Assembly (NCBI RefSeq): GCF_964188315.1
Contig: NC_135667.1
Location: forward strand, 57,040,001 to 57,104,000
From: Podarcis muralis
Taxonomy: Eukaryota
DNA: 64,000 bases
Reading direction: 5' to 3'
A program made the translations under genes and the position numbers. Position 1 is the stretch's first letter. The number at the start of each line of letters is the position of its first letter. Below, piece by piece: positions 63,094 through 64,000 of this stretch. Below the pieces are notes generated by a model. The model saw only the letters and a list, made by a program, of their open reading frames with translations. It ran no database searches and was not told where the DNA came from.

Positions 63094-64000
63094 TGAGGCT
63101 GTTTGGCTCTCTTCTTGACACAGAGCACTTGCTTTTCAGAAGGGGCAGAAACAAATGCTTGCAGTGCGAGGGTTGGAGGAAAGACACAGAAAATAACGCA
63201 ATATTTGGTATTCTTAATCAAACAACCGGTGATATAACGGGGGGGGGGGGGGAGGCAGCGTTGTACCACATGTGAAATGCAGCCTTCCACTGTTCTTCAT
63301 TTCTGGGGCTTAGTGGCATGTTATGCTGGAAGAAAACCAACTACTATAGTGTGACATTATCTGCTTGCGTTGAGCAAATGTATTTAATTGCACAGGCAGC
63401 AACTGCTTACTAATTGTACCTTTTTGGGGGTGTAACACTGATATAAGAAAATATATTGGTTATCTTGCCCATGATTGCTGCTGCCAGGATTCAATTTGGA
63501 GTTTAGTTTTGAGTGCAGTTTTGTGGTTAATCTTAAACTGCATATTGTCTCAACAAGCAGGCTGGAACCCATAGTTGGGACTAGCCGCAGTACATAACAC
63601 GGTATTTAGTAATCTTGTGAGAGTTTTCCAATATCCATTGTTTAAAGTTCACCAATAAATATTTTGGCTTTTGTTTCAACTCCAATCCCTGGGAATAAAT
63701 ACTCTCTCAACAGTGAGATCATCAAACTCCCTGTCAATTAAACATGCAGAGCTCTTTCTCGCCCCTCACCCGCCCGTTTCACGCAAAGAGCACATATTTA
63801 GCTACACAGAAACAAATATTTCCTAATAAGTTTTTCCAGATGAATGAACAGTTACAAAAGGCTGCCTCCGAATGTAGCACAAAACATAAATAAATCACAA
63901 GATAACCTCTGCAATATAATTACAGGCTATTTTCCATCGTTAGCAGGGAGTCATTTGGTTCTTTGTACTCTGTCTGAAGATATCTGAGGTTTTCTTGTTT

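Noticed and set aside
63642-64000. Short minus-strand open frames near the right edge (EFDDLTVERVFIPRDWS*, KQENLRYLQ...NSL*)
   Set aside because: They end in early stops, the connecting intron would be only about 39 bp, and I recognise no protein.

Overview
This is vertebrate genomic DNA, not microbial. The repeat content (Sauria SINEs, CR1, L2, BovB/RTE, hAT and Tc1/mariner MITEs) indicates a squamate reptile, probably a lacertid-type lizard. Four spliced genes could be rebuilt by hand from GT-AG exons: the 5' part of UPP1 (-, runs off the left edge), a C7orf57 homologue (-), SUN3 (+, head-to-head with C7orf57 on one CpG island) and a complete 8-exon, 280-aa HUS1 (+). This is the human 7p12.3 order UPP1-C7orf57-SUN3-HUS1. 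Nearly all ORFs in the supplied track are artefacts of introns, CpG islands or TE relics. I found no evidence of a wholly new biological system. The best leads are: (1) an orphan CpG island with a strong donor where PKD1L1 lies in mammals, possibly the scar of its loss; (2) a chain of phase-compatible cryptic exons inside a C7orf57 intron; (3) a one-base frame conflict at a G8 run in the first coding exon of C7orf57; (4) a near-intact young CR1; (5) SINE-derived fold-back structures. Gene and TE family names rest on remembered sequence similarity, not on database searches.
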